DNA from: Hypanus sabinus
Lineage: Eukaryota
NCBI RefSeq assembly: GCF_030144855.1
Contig: NC_082725.1
Span: 10,106,001 to 10,170,000, forward strand
DNA: 64,000 nucleotides
Direction of reading: 5' to 3'
Positions 40,146 to 51,699 of the stretch are shown here, one piece after another. A program made the translations under genes and the position numbers. A model generated the notes under the pieces. That model made no database searches. It was not told the DNA's origin and saw only the letters and a program-made list of their open reading frames with translations. Numbering within the stretch: position 1 is the first letter of the stretch; every line of letters begins with the position of its first letter.

Positions 40146-40499
40146 ACTGCTTATAGTACCGATTTGGAAAACTGTACTTACCAGTTTTGAATGGACTTTT
40201 TGGAAGAAGAATTATTTTGGCTTTGACTGTGGAGTGTAATAATTGGTGGCAGTGAATCAACAGACCACTCTGCATCCTGCTGAAAGTCATTGGAACGCAT
40301 AGCAGCACAAGCTGGCCAACAAGCTACTAATTTTACTGTTGTCTCTTAAATTATTGCCAAAAGTAAATTTCACCCTGGGCTGGGAGGTCTGTGCTTCTGC
40401 ACCAAATGTGTTTCAGCAGTAAAGGCCTTAAGCTTATTTAAAGTTTCATAATTAAATTTCATATTTACCATTTTTCTGCATTGTTTTTGTTACTTCTAG

Positions 40500-40576
40500 G
40501 CAGCAAAGATCTGTAACAACTTGCTTCTCGCAATTAGTATGATTGGAACCGCTGAAACGATGAATCTGGGAATCAG
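40500..40576 (+). CDS. HIBADH: HIBADH coding exon (equivalent to human exon 6, 77 bp)
   Basis: Translates AAKICNNLLLAISMIGTAETMNLGI(R), containing the catalytic Lys motif KICNN. Polypyrimidine tract and ttctAG acceptor end 40499; donor GTttga at 40577; in frame with the preceding exon. Confidence 0.97.
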
Positions 40577-41672
40577 GTTTGATAGACTTTTGTTCTATTG
40601 TTCTTTCTCTTTCATGACCAATGACCACCATCCTTATTCATTTTGTTCCGATTGTTGCAGTTGTGGCCACTTCTGACTGAAATCTGCTGATATATAAAAC
40701 GAAAACTGTATGTTGCAGTCTTGAGATTATCAGCTCACCCAGTATCCAGAGCTCCTAACTTTTGTGCTGAAAATGCTTTGGAATTACTTAGCTCGAATAA
40801 TAAGAGCATTAGAATCAGAGTCAGGTTTGATATCGTTGACATACATACAAGGGATGCAGAATTCTACAAACTTGTTCCATAAAAATCTGCTGCTACATTT
40901 TATAGGAAATGGAATGATTTCTCAGCTGGAATTCGTATGTCTTCCATTTTGCACAAGGGTCACCTTGTAATAGTACTACATCGCATTTGTTTATGTGTTC
41001 TATGTGTTGTATTATTGAACATTGTTGCCCTGATTGCTGGCTTCCAATTAATTGCTATGCAATATTGTTCCTTTCTGCTTCAGTACTAGCCACCATTCTA
41101 TAATTTTGGAATGAGATTTCTATCATTGCCATTAAAATGCATCAAGTGAGCTCGTACTTGTTGGAGAAGAAAGTTTGTAGTCTTTACCAATTATGTTTAG
41201 AGGTGACTGCAGATGCTTCTTTGTGTTTGGCTCATGGTTTTTATCTGAAGTAAGATAGGTAAATGTTCTACTTGGTTCAAGAGTCATTAAGGGCATGCAG
41301 TATTACATGTTGGCCATCTCAGTGACATCCACTTCCCCTCAATGAATAATAATAATAATAAAAATATTGTCCCCCCCACTTTTCCACAAAGATGTGCAAT
41401 GGGTTCGTCATGCACACTGATAACTTGTAAGATAGAGCATCCAAAATATGTCATTATTCTTCTCTAACATCCTGCTTTAGATGAATTATGGCCTTGTGTT
41501 AATTTTATGTTTACCATTCCCATTACTCTCTACCGAAAGCTTCATACCTTCCACATTGGTTCTAAGGCTACTCGAGGTATTGTTGTGATTGTGCTGGGAC
41601 TTATGTGTCCCATAGGAAATGAAGTTGAGCTGCTACCTCTGTTCTCTCATTTTAAAAAAACCTTTTCTTTCA

Positions 41673-41805
41673 CTTCATTGTCATGGCTTGTTTTTTTCCC
41701 CTTGTTAATTTTTGTTCACTGAAAGCTTTATAATCTTCATTGTCATGGCTTGTTTTTTTCCCCTTGTTAATTTTTGTTCACTGAACTTGCAAAGCTTTAT
41801 AATCT
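41673..41805. repeat. Local tandem duplication of a ~62 bp unit
   Basis: cttcattgtcatggcttgtttttttccccttgttaatttttgttcactgaa occurs at 41673 and 41735. Confidence 0.9.
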
Positions 41806-42194
41806 CCATAATCCACAACCCTTAAAATTTGGCCTAAATCTAAGCCTGTTAAAAGATCCATGTTGCTCATCACCCTTAACCTTGCTGACTAATTTGGTTA
41901 CCAGTCCAAAGATGCCTTACAAATTTTTCATTATTTGTTTTGTTACATTGTTCGCCTGTTCTTCCTTCCATTTTCCATCTTATCTTTACATTTTCTATCA
42001 AATTCCCCTCCAGCCCTGTATCCCTCAGAGCTGTATTTTTTTTCGGTATCCAGCCCTGTTAATTTCCTCAGTATCTTTTTCTAATTGCTGATGGCATTAC
42101 CTTTCCAAAAGCAACCTTTCACTACCAATCTGTTAGCTAGTTTTCTATCCAAGATACCACAGATCCTTTTTTATTTCTTTGGCATCACTTTTAA

Positions 42195-42570
42195 TGTAGC
42201 GGTTAGTTAAAAAGTAAACCACCATCACTGAGAGACAGAGCGAGAGATGCCACACTGTATGATGCACTTCCAAATTACTAAATTCCAAGTGGAAAAGTAT
42301 GTTCTTTTCTTTATTAAGAAACCAGTTAAGACAAACTATTTTGTATAGTGATATTAGAAATTAGCATAACCAAATTAGTAATGTAATGAAATAAGTGAAA
42401 TAAGAATAATTAGCAGTCAACAAAAAAAATCATCCCTCACTCACTTCCTCTCAACTAACCTAAACTAATGAGAACAAAGCATGAATATGTGATTCTACTC
42501 ATTTGCTTCTACCATGCCCAAACCCACATGACAAATTACCATAACCTATAATAAACACGCAATACAAATA
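42195..42570. repeat. Second copy of the hairpin-plus-tail repeat (left arm and tail, right arm lost)
   Basis: Shares cactgtatga..cttccaaat.actaa with the 51.7 kb arm, and aaagca.gaat..tcatttgcttctac..acatga.aaattacc with the 52.2 kb tail. Confidence 0.75.
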
Positions 42571-43123
42571 TAATACAGACAGACAATAGATGCAGGGCTC
42601 CTACCCTCTATTGTGTGACACTGTATTACCAAATATATATTGTTCCTGAACCTTCATGCTACTTCATCAAACAATTCTGTCAAGTTAGTTTGGTTTGATT
42701 GGCCTTTGAAATGCCTTTTCAGTTTGTAAAACTATTACTTCTGGTCTCAAGATTAATATTTTCTGACGTGCATCATACTTGAGAATTTTTCAGTTTTGTC
42801 AATTGACTTATAGTCAATTGTTATAAGACTTACTTATAGCAAATGCTACTGATAATTGAGTTTGTGCCCAATTATCATTAGCAATCCCTATAAGTAAGAC
42901 TGCTTTTCGCTTGTCCATATTTAAAGACAGAAGTTCTTGAAAATTCGTTGCCAAAGAATTGCATTCATGATGGTAATCCAAGGAATTTCGAAGCAGCCTA
43001 GCTACTGCAAAGTGGACATGGTGTTTGTACTGACTGGTTTCATTTCCCATTGGTTTTATTGTTCAATACTCAAAGGATGAAGTAATAAATTAACCATAGC
43101 ATTTTGGAGACAAATCTCTAGAG

Positions 43124-43201
43124 CAGAGTTCCTAACGTTTTTTATGCCATGGACCTTACCATTAACTAAGCGGTCTTTGGTCCCCAGGTTAGGAACCTCT
43201 G
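43124..43201 (-). mobile_element. Tiny hAT-type MITE
   Basis: CAGAGTTCCTAAC...GTTAGGAACCTCTG; TSD ctctagag/ctttaggg (6/8). Confidence 0.7.
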
Positions 43202-43606
43202 CTTTAGGGGAGGGGTTTTTTTTTGCTGTATTACTCCTTCAAATTTATGAATTGATGCTGTTCCATCATGACACTGTGCACATTTGATATTTGACTTGCC
43301 TAAAATAATATAATTTCACTAATAGTTCCAACCATTGCAACAGCAGAAACCACAATTCGTGATCAGATGAGGTTAAATTTATTGAAAAAAAAACTCCACA
43401 CTGAAAGGTATTTTTTAAAAATCTGGATTATGTGCTCTTTAATTTTAATTGGAAATTTTGATGTTGTTACTATAATTCCTTTAGTGCTTAACATGATTGT
43501 GCAGTATTGAACAAATATTTTGAGAGCTAACATTTTTGCAATGCCACATTTTGAGAATCTTCAAGAAGAGTCATAAATGCTTGCATAGAAGGATGGTGCA
43601 TTAGGG

Positions 43607-45977
43607 CAGGGGTCAGCAACCTTTACCACTGAAAGAGCCATTTGGACCTGTTTCCCACAGAAAAGAAAACACTGGGAGCCACAAAACCCGTTTGACATTT
43701 AAAATGAAATAACACTGCATACAATGTTTTTTTTTGCCTTTATGCTATGTATAAACAAACTATAATGTGTTGCATTTATGAAATCGATGAACTCCTGCAG
43801 AGAAAACAAAATTACATTTCTGCATGCAACAAAAACATTTTGAACTCCGAAAAAAAGACGTTGGGTTGAAGGTTACTTTTAAGTAAAATACTCAATGTCT
43901 ATTTGAGTCCTTCTTGTATTTATGAAAAACGCCGAACTTAAATTTTCCGCCAGCAGCAAACCAAAAATAACGTCAGCCAGCTGTCAACCTGAAAAATAAA
44001 AGGACTATTTCACTGAACAATGAAAAAATATGAATATATGTAAAATAATAGGCAATTAAAATATTTATCATACTTGGTTAATGGGATTTCTGCTCCTGGA
44101 CCTCAGCGCACAGCGTCTGCACATCAGGGCTGTATGACGTCACCTTCATCTTTACACAGGATCGCAAGCTGTCATCTGTGAGGCGTGCGCGATGTTTGTT
44201 TTTAATAAAGTTCATGTTGGAGAACACCTGCTCACATACATATGTGGATCCAAAGATCGACAGGACTCCAAGCGCATACTTTTTAATGTTTACATAAATG
44301 TCAGGGATAGCATTCCATGTTTCGAACACAAGTTTGTCAGGTTTGGGGAGGTTTTCAATATCACTCCATTTGTGATTCTGAGCAAGAACGGCCTTCTGAC
44401 GGGCAACATCTTCAAGGTCTGCTGTCAAGCGTCTAAACTTGGACACCCATATGTCTTTGTTGGCTATGTCGGCCAGTTCCATCTCAAGATCAGGTTGACT
44501 CACACCTGCCAATGCAGTCGTATTCAATAGGGATGAATCGATGCTTAGGGGAGTGACCGGGAAGGATAATGTGTTTTTTTCCTCTCTGAACTCACAGAAG
44601 CGTTTCCCAAAAGATGTTTGCATTGCGATGATTACAGAATGTAAATACTTCGAATTTATCATGTCGTGACCTTGTTTGAGCTCTCTCAAATTGGGGAAGT
44701 GAGACAATGTGCCTTTCTGTAAATCTCTGGCAAGCACTGTCAACTTGCGCTCGAATGCCAAAACATCCTCCAACATGTGTAGGGCTGTACATCCTTTCCC
44801 CTGAAGAGCTGTGTTCAGCGTGTTCAGGTGCGCTGTCATGTCTACCACGAAGTGTAGCTTTTCCAGCCACTCTGGCTGTTCCAGCTCAGGAAAGGTGAGC
44901 CCTTTGCTGCCCAGGAAAGTTTTCACTTCTTCCAGACATGCGACAAAGCGTTTCAGCACCTCCCCTCTGGACAGCCACCGGACTTTGTTGTGCAGCAGGA
45001 AATCAGAATATGCGCTTTCCAGCTCGTCCAGTAACAAACGGAATTGATGGTGATTTAAACTTTTTGCCATTATTTTATTGACAATCTGAATGACAACATC
45101 CATTACTTCTGTGCATTCCGGAGGAAATGTTTGAGCGCACAGTGCCTCTTGGCCTGAGCAGCAACATAACCAGCGTATGTAGTTGATTTTCCAGACTTCA
45201 TCCACTTCTTGAAATGATTTTTGCTCAGATCAACCTTCCACATCAGTTCCGAAACGGCTTTTTTTCTCTCATCTCCATCCGGGTATTTTTGAGCAAAGGC
45301 TGCGTGTTTATTCTGGAAATGTCTTGCGACATTTGACTTTTTGTTGTTTGCTAGTTTCTCATTGCATACTAAGCATACCGGTAAACCAGTCTCATCAACA
45401 GTGAAAGCAAATGAATCTGTCCACGTATCATTAAACGTTCTGTTTTCTTCAGTCACTTTTCTTTTTTTAGAATTCTTCATAGTTAGCCTACCTTGGATCG
45501 AAAAATTAAAGAAATCGCGCACTGGCGGGTGTCAGGCATTGGCAGTGGTGACGTATATTAATAGCGATAAAAACACGTTGTAGCGGTGTGCTACACACAG
45601 TCGGTAAACTGCAGTCAAAGATAACTTGATTCGAACTAAACAGCCTTGCTTTTAAGCCTCCCTCAACCCGCCCCCCCATGAGCGCGGATGCTCCAAAAGA
45701 CACGTACTCACAAACCCCCGTAGGCTATTTCCCTTAGCCTGAACGCTGGCTAATTGTGAGCTGGTTCGGATGTGCCAGGAAATGGGTCGCCACAATGTTT
45801 TATTTAGATTGTACAAGATCACCATAATCTTCAAATTTAGAATTACATTTCAAAAACTAACAAACTAACATAAAATACATTTTAATTAAATCATTTATTT
45901 TCCAAAGCCACAGGGAGCCGCAGCACAGAGATGAAAGAGACGCATGCGGCTCCGGAGCCACGGGTTGCCGACCCCCG
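43607..45977 (-). mobile_element. hAT DNA transposon (Buster/Charlie type), internally deleted, 2371 bp
   Basis: TIRs CAGGGGTCAGCAACC (43607-43621) and GGTTGCCGACCCCCG (45963-45977), 13/15 match. Perfect 8-bp TSD CATTAGGG (43599-43606, 45978-45985) with the central TA typical of Buster targets. Carries transposase sequence. Confidence 0.95.
44078..45480 (-). pseudogene. hAT transposase pseudogene (GTF2IRD2/SPIN/Buster-like): N-terminus fused out of frame to C-terminal part
   Basis: ATG at 45480 gives MKNSKKRK...CLVC...RHFQNKH (BED-like zinc finger) to YVAAQ. At ~45152 it jumps to QEALCAQ...VRWLSRG...FGSTYVCEQVFSNMNFIKNKHRARLTD (catalytic E and dimerisation domain). The first two catalytic Asp and the CxxH motif are missing. 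Confidence 0.92.
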
Positions 45978-46004
45978 CATTAGGGTAATGATTGCACAAT
46001 TACG

Positions 46005-46253
46005 GCACAGGTGCACAGTGGCTAATGTAATGGTATTGCAGCACTGGCTTGACTGCGTGGGTTTCTTCCAGGTGCTCTGGTGCCCTCCCTCATTCTAAAT
46101 GCGTATGGTTAGGGTTAGTAAACTGAGGACATGCTATGTTGGCACCAGAAGTGTGGCAGCACTTGTGGGTTGTCCCCAGCAAAATCCTCACTGATTTGGT
46201 TTGACACAAATGACACATTTCACTCTGTGTTTTGGTGTACATGTGACAAATAA
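46005..46253 (+). mobile_element. V-SINE
   Basis: gcgtgggtttcttccaggtgctctgg V domain; tail interrupted by the RTE derivative. Confidence 0.75.
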
Positions 46254-46662
46254 CTTAGCCTACTGCCCAGTACACTGCTGGCGTTTCGGGCAGCAATGAA
46301 GGTTCTCCATCTCTGGCAGTGTTCAGGGCATCCTTCAATGTGCCGGTAGCAACTTCCTGGTTTTTGTTGCTGTCAGCCGTGCAACTTCTGGCTGGAGAGT
46401 CGGGAATACCGTCGGACACAGATGTGGAAGGATTTTTCAATGCTGTTTGTGTAACAATTTTGTTTGATCAGTCAGATTTGTTAGTGCTGAGCTGAACACC
46501 CCCCCCCCCCCCACTGAAATTGGAGGACGGATGGACCTGTTTGGCCTGGGTGACCCTACCAAGAGCCAAAGCATAAAGCCCTGACTCCAGCCAAAGTACT
46601 TCTCCGGGTCATTGAGGCATGCAAGCCTCCAAACCACAACAAGGTTGTGAACCTCTTGGAAG
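46254..46662 (-). mobile_element. Bipartite non-autonomous RTE derivative (RTE 5' leader fused to RTE 3' tail)
   Basis: Minus 5' end ccttgttgtggtttggaggcttgcatgcctcaatgac...agggtcacccagg resembles BovB/Rex3 leaders. 3' end agatggagaaccttcattgctgcc is RTE-tail like. TSD tgtgacaaataa / tgtgacaaaataa. Confidence 0.7.
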
Positions 46663-47417
46663 TGTGACAAAATAAATCTGGTTTTTAATCTTCCTCTTTC
46701 ATTTTTAATGAATACCAAATGCATTCTTATTCAGTTTCACTGTGTTTGCAGCACATACCTGTTATGAATAACGGGCTAAAAATATAACGTTTTAATATTC
46801 TAAGTCACAGCATGTATAGTTGCTTTTTTCTATTCCAAATGAAAATATACTTTTGAATGGATGGTTTTAATAATTATTGTCAGATTTTATAATGTGAAAG
46901 CTGTAAAACAAATTAAATACACAAATCAGTGTCACTAGTTCCAAGGCCTGATTCTGTTTCCCGCTCAGTTCCACTTCCTGTTTTCTTTCCTCTACAATCC
47001 CTTTGGTAATCACAGCAGCACAGCCTCAATGGCTGATTAATTAGTGAAATAAATGTTTCCATTCATTTATCTTAAACTGTATTTCCATTAAAAAGCAGCA
47101 GTCAGAGCTGCCTCTATGTTCCTACCACATTTCCCTTGCATTGCTTTTAGTACTTTTCTGAATGAATGCCGATTTAAGTCTGTTACCAATTGTGCTTTAA
47201 ACCAATTCTTTCAGCTTTTGTGAAGGTGTTTTGCTTTTTACATTTAGTACATTTCCGTGAATGCTCTCTGGTATTTCTTCGGAGAGCCTGGCATTCAGGA
47301 AGGATTATCCCAGTTAACTGTGTTCCCATCCACAGCTGATATTGACAGGTGAGAACGATATCTGCCAATGGAAACTTCATTCCATCCCCTGCACTGGCCA
47401 CAATGCAGAGTTTTATT

Positions 47418-47725
47418 GCACACAAAGTGCTGGAGGAACTCAGCAGGTTAGGCCGCATCTGTGGAGAGGAATACACAGTCGACGCTTTGTGCTGAGACCC
47501 TTCTGAGAGGACCATGAGACCTGAAGAAAAGTCTTGGCTCCAAACACCAACGGTTTATTTCTCTCTATCAAGGGTTCTCAACCTGGAGTCCATTGTATAG
47601 GTCCATGGCATAAAAAACGTCGTGATACCCTGTTCTCCGTACATGCTGCCTAACCTGCTGAGTTCCTCCAGCATTTTGTGTGCGTTGTTCTGATTTTCCA
47701 GCATCTACAGAATCTCTCGTGTTTA
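47418..47725. mobile_element. Palindromic Penelope-derived element interrupted by a hAT MITE (~47569-47632)
   Basis: Inverted arms gctggaggaactcagcagg / cctgctgagttcctccagc; MITE sequence inside the right arm. Confidence 0.7.
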
Positions 47726-47961
47726 TTCTCAGTTGTCCATAGTATATTGTTGTTACTCCAGAAGAACTAAATCATTGATCTTTGAAGAAATTAAGAGTTT
47801 GTAAAGCTGCAGTTTATTGAAATAACTCATTTTTGTCTTTCTGCACCATTCACAAGAGTGTGCATGTGAGCATTTCACAGGTGTAGTAGGAGCTAGCAAA
47901 GACTACTTGGTCTTCAGTCTTGCTCCTCTATCTAATAAATCCATGACTGATCTCTTCATAC

Positions 47962-48195
47962 AGGTGACTGGGTTCAACTTACACCGCTGTCTATAAGCAG
48001 TTTGTATGTTCTCTTTGTGACCGCATGAGTTTCTTCTGTGTGCTCCAGTTTCCTCCCACAGTCCAAAGACGTACCAGTTGGTAGGTTAATTGGTCATTGA
48101 GAATTTTCCCATGATTAGGCTCAGATTAAATTGGGGGATTATCGGGTGTTGCGGCTGGAAGGCCCTATTCTGCACTGTATCTCAATAAATAAAAT
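47962..48195 (+). mobile_element. V-SINE (5' truncated)
   Basis: tgctccagtttcctcccacagtccaaagacgtacc V domain; aataaataa tail. Confidence 0.8.
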
Positions 48196-48202
48196 TGTCT
48201 GT

Positions 48203-48705
48203 ATACACTCGGCAGCTGCTTTATTAGTACAGGAGTGGAATCCGGTGTGTGATCTTCTCCCATCCACCTCAAGGTTCAATGTGTCGTGCATTCAGAGATG
48301 CTCTTCTGCACACCACTGTTGTGACGTGTGGTTATTTGAGTTACTGTCACCCTCCTGTCAGCTTGAACCAATCTGGCTATTCTCCCCGGACCTCTCTCAT
48401 TAACAAGCTATTACAGCCCACAGAATTGCAGCTCACTGGATTTTTGTTTGCTTTTCACACCATTCTTTCTAAACTTTAGAGACTGTTGTGCATGAAAATC
48501 AATTCCTGAGATGCTCAAACCCTCCCGTTTGGCACCAACAATCATTCCAGGGTCAAATCCACTTAGATCACATTTCTTCCTCATTCTGATGTTTGGTCTG
48601 AGCAACAACTGAACCTCTTGACCATGTCTGCATGCGTTTATGCATTAAGTTACTGCCACATGATTAGCTGATTAGATATTTGTATTAACGGGCAGGTTTA
48701 CCAAT
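48203..48705 (-). mobile_element. Tc1/mariner remnant
   Basis: Minus strand MRKKCDLSGFDPGMIVGAKREGLSIS; degenerate terminal repeat near 48203. Confidence 0.8.
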
Positions 48706-48724
48706 ACACTTACTAAGACCATAA

Positions 48725-50700
48725 GATATTTCACATAGAGAGTGGTGATTCACACAGAGACTAGTGGACGCGTGGAATGCACTGCCAGCGAAGGTGGTAG
48801 AGGCAGATACAATAGGGTCTTTCAAGAGACTCTTAGAGAGGTAGATGGAGCTTAGAAAATTAGAGGCCTATGCGGTAGGGAAATTCTACGCAGCTTCTAG
48901 AGTACGTTACATGGTCAGCAAAACATTGTGGGACGAAGGGCCTGTAATGTGCTGTGGATTTTCTGTGTTCTTTATAGGAGCAGAATTAGGCCATCTGGCA
49001 CAAAGTGGCCTAATTTATAAGGGAAATACTTCCCTTAAAAGTATTCAGATGTTCTGATTCCACAGCGCTTTAAGGATGAGAGTTCCAAAGACTCTTAATT
49101 CTTTGAAGGAAAAAAATTGCCTCACCTCTGTGGATTTTTTTAATGAATATCTTCCTCAACCTAATGGCACCCACAACCACTACACGTGTAACAAATACTG
49201 AGAGATTATGGACAGAAGATATATTACTGATTTGTTATGAAGACTGATTACCCTTTTATCAATCAACAGGGTTGACCACAGATATAAAGGTGGCGCCGAG
49301 CTGTGATGTCCACTGAGATCATTGTTCAGATTTAGTTGTTTGACAGAGAGGGGAGTTAGTGCTCAGGTTAGGGTTTAGGAACGGAGATTTAGAGGCACAC
49401 GCATCTATGATTTAAATCTTTAAACACAAAATGAACCTGATTTTCTTCTCAGTGGTATAATGAGTGATCAATGTGCATCATGCAAACAGTATTCTTGCAT
49501 CTAATGACAAACTTAATTGCTTTCTCTACATTTTTCTTTTACATAGAGTAGACAAACAGTCTCTTTTTCTTAGGGCTGAAATATCCAACACTGGAGGGCA
49601 TGCATTTAAGGGTAATTTAAAGGGGATATGAGGGGCAAATTTTTCTACACAGAGAGTGGCGGGTGCCTGGAATGCACTGCCTGGGGAGGTGGTAGAGACA
49701 GAAACTTAGGGACTTTTAAGAGACGTTTAGATAGACACATTATGGGAGGAAAATGGAAGGATAGAGACATTGTGTGGGGAGAAGGGATTAGTTAGCTATT
49801 TGATTACTAATTTAATTTGTTCAACACAGCTTTGTAGGCAGAAGGGCCTGTTCCTGTGCTGTTCTGTTCTAGGTTCAATGATGTAGGATCGGCTTAATCC
49901 CCTCCACTGTCAGATTTCAGAATGTGCAATGAATCCTTGAGCATTACCTCACTTTCTTTCTTTTTCTCTCTTTTTGCAGTGCTCATTTAATTTATTTAAA
50001 ATATATTTCTTTCTGTAATTTAATAGCTTTTTATTTTTACGTATTGTGATGTACAGCTGCCATAAAGGAATACGTTTCACAATATATGCCAGTGATATTA
50101 AACCTGATTCTGATTCTAATTTTAGTTTTACTTTGTTAAAGAGACGCAAGTTGATTTCTGAAGCCGACAGAAAACCTCTAATTATCTTATTGGTGATGGT
50201 TAGAATATGTAAACCTTTCTAATCGCTAACGGGAGAAATTTTTCAGAATTGTTAACACCTTTCAGACTGAGAGAGGAAGACACAGAGGCATTAATAATGA
50301 CTGACAGAAATTGGTATGAGTGTTGTATTCTTCATTCCAAGGTTTGTAAGGTTATGAGAGACATAGATAGTGTAAGCAGACAGTACGTTTTCCCTCCCAA
50401 AGTTGAAATGTCTAATACAGTACCAGTGGGCATGCAATTAAGCTGAGAGGGGGTATTTCAAAAACGTGAGGGGCAGGATAATTTTCCCTCCACAGAGAGT
50501 GATGAGTGCCTGGAATACACTGCAGATATGTTAGGAACTTTTAAGAGATGGTTACGTAGTCTCATGAATGTGAGGAAAATGGGAGGATATGGACATTGTG
50601 TAGGCTGAAGGGTTGGATGTATGATTACTAATTTAGTTGGTTTGGCACAACACTGTGGGTCAAAGGGCCTGTCCTGTGCTATACTGTTTTATGTTCTAAT
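48725..50700 (+). mobile_element. Three CR1 3' ends (~48725-48970, 49545-49875, 50340-50700)
   Basis: Repeated cacagagagtg..gcctggaatgcactgcc..gaagggcctgt..tgtgct pattern. Confidence 0.75.
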
Positions 50701-51699
50701 AATTTCCTGAGTGGTTTAGTTCTGTCAACACAGAGCTGCAGATTTAATTTTGCAATCGCAATTTTAATGCAACAATATTTACTGATCAAGCCATTTTTTT
50801 TTATAATCTGAAGATGTGATTGTTCAGCTACTGTGGCCTTGCCTCAGATGTGAGGCCATTTTCTACCTATTAAGTTGTCATCATGAAACAGAGATAAAAG
50901 AGGAGTTAAGCCAGAAGAGACTAATTGGATTGTCAATATATTTTGCCATTTACATTTTAAAAGCAACCCTCTGGAAAAGACAATGCAATCTTTATTCAGT
51001 TATTGAAATTGTAGATTAACAAAGTGCAGAGTACTAGTTTTGTCATGTATATCCCACAAATTATTTTGTTGCTACCTATTAAAATCCACTTACTGCAATG
51101 TACTGATCATTTTAATGTTTAAATGAGAAATATAGCTTTGGCAGCTTATTGTGGATCATTTGAAGCCAAGCAGAAAAACATCTTCCCAATTGTAAATCCC
51201 TTGAAAATGGACAGGGAAATAAAAATGAAATTGTCACAATAGTCATAATGTTAATATAGATAATGCTCACGTTTTGTGGAGAGATTTTGCAGTGGGTGGG
51301 GTGCAAGTGAGGAGTGATATATAGCATTACACAGGATATCTCAACAATATGTTTCTCAGAAGTATCATTTTTTCATCTGTGAATTGGATAGATTCATAAG
51401 ATTCATTAATCTTTTTAGTGAGGAATGAAAGTAGATGAAGTTTTAGTTACTAAAATCAAACTGAAATGGACAAGATTCATTGACTTGTAAATGGTGGACA
51501 ATTAAAATGTAAGTCTTGCATTATCTTAGACTTGTACAGGACAGAAAGGGACCCTTCAGAATCAGGTTTGCTGTCAGTCTTATAAGATGTGGGATTTGCT
51601 GTTTTGCAACAGCAGTAGAATGCAGAGAATCAAAATTACTTTAAGTTGTAAAATAAATAGTGCAAAAAAAAAAGAAGTCCATGCTCATGGATTCATGGA

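Noticed and set aside
44078-45205. 375-aa ORF as an intact transposase or domesticated gene
   Set aside because: Its first ~18 residues are out-of-frame sequence upstream of the deletion junction; it lacks two catalytic Asp and sits within intact TIRs and TSD.
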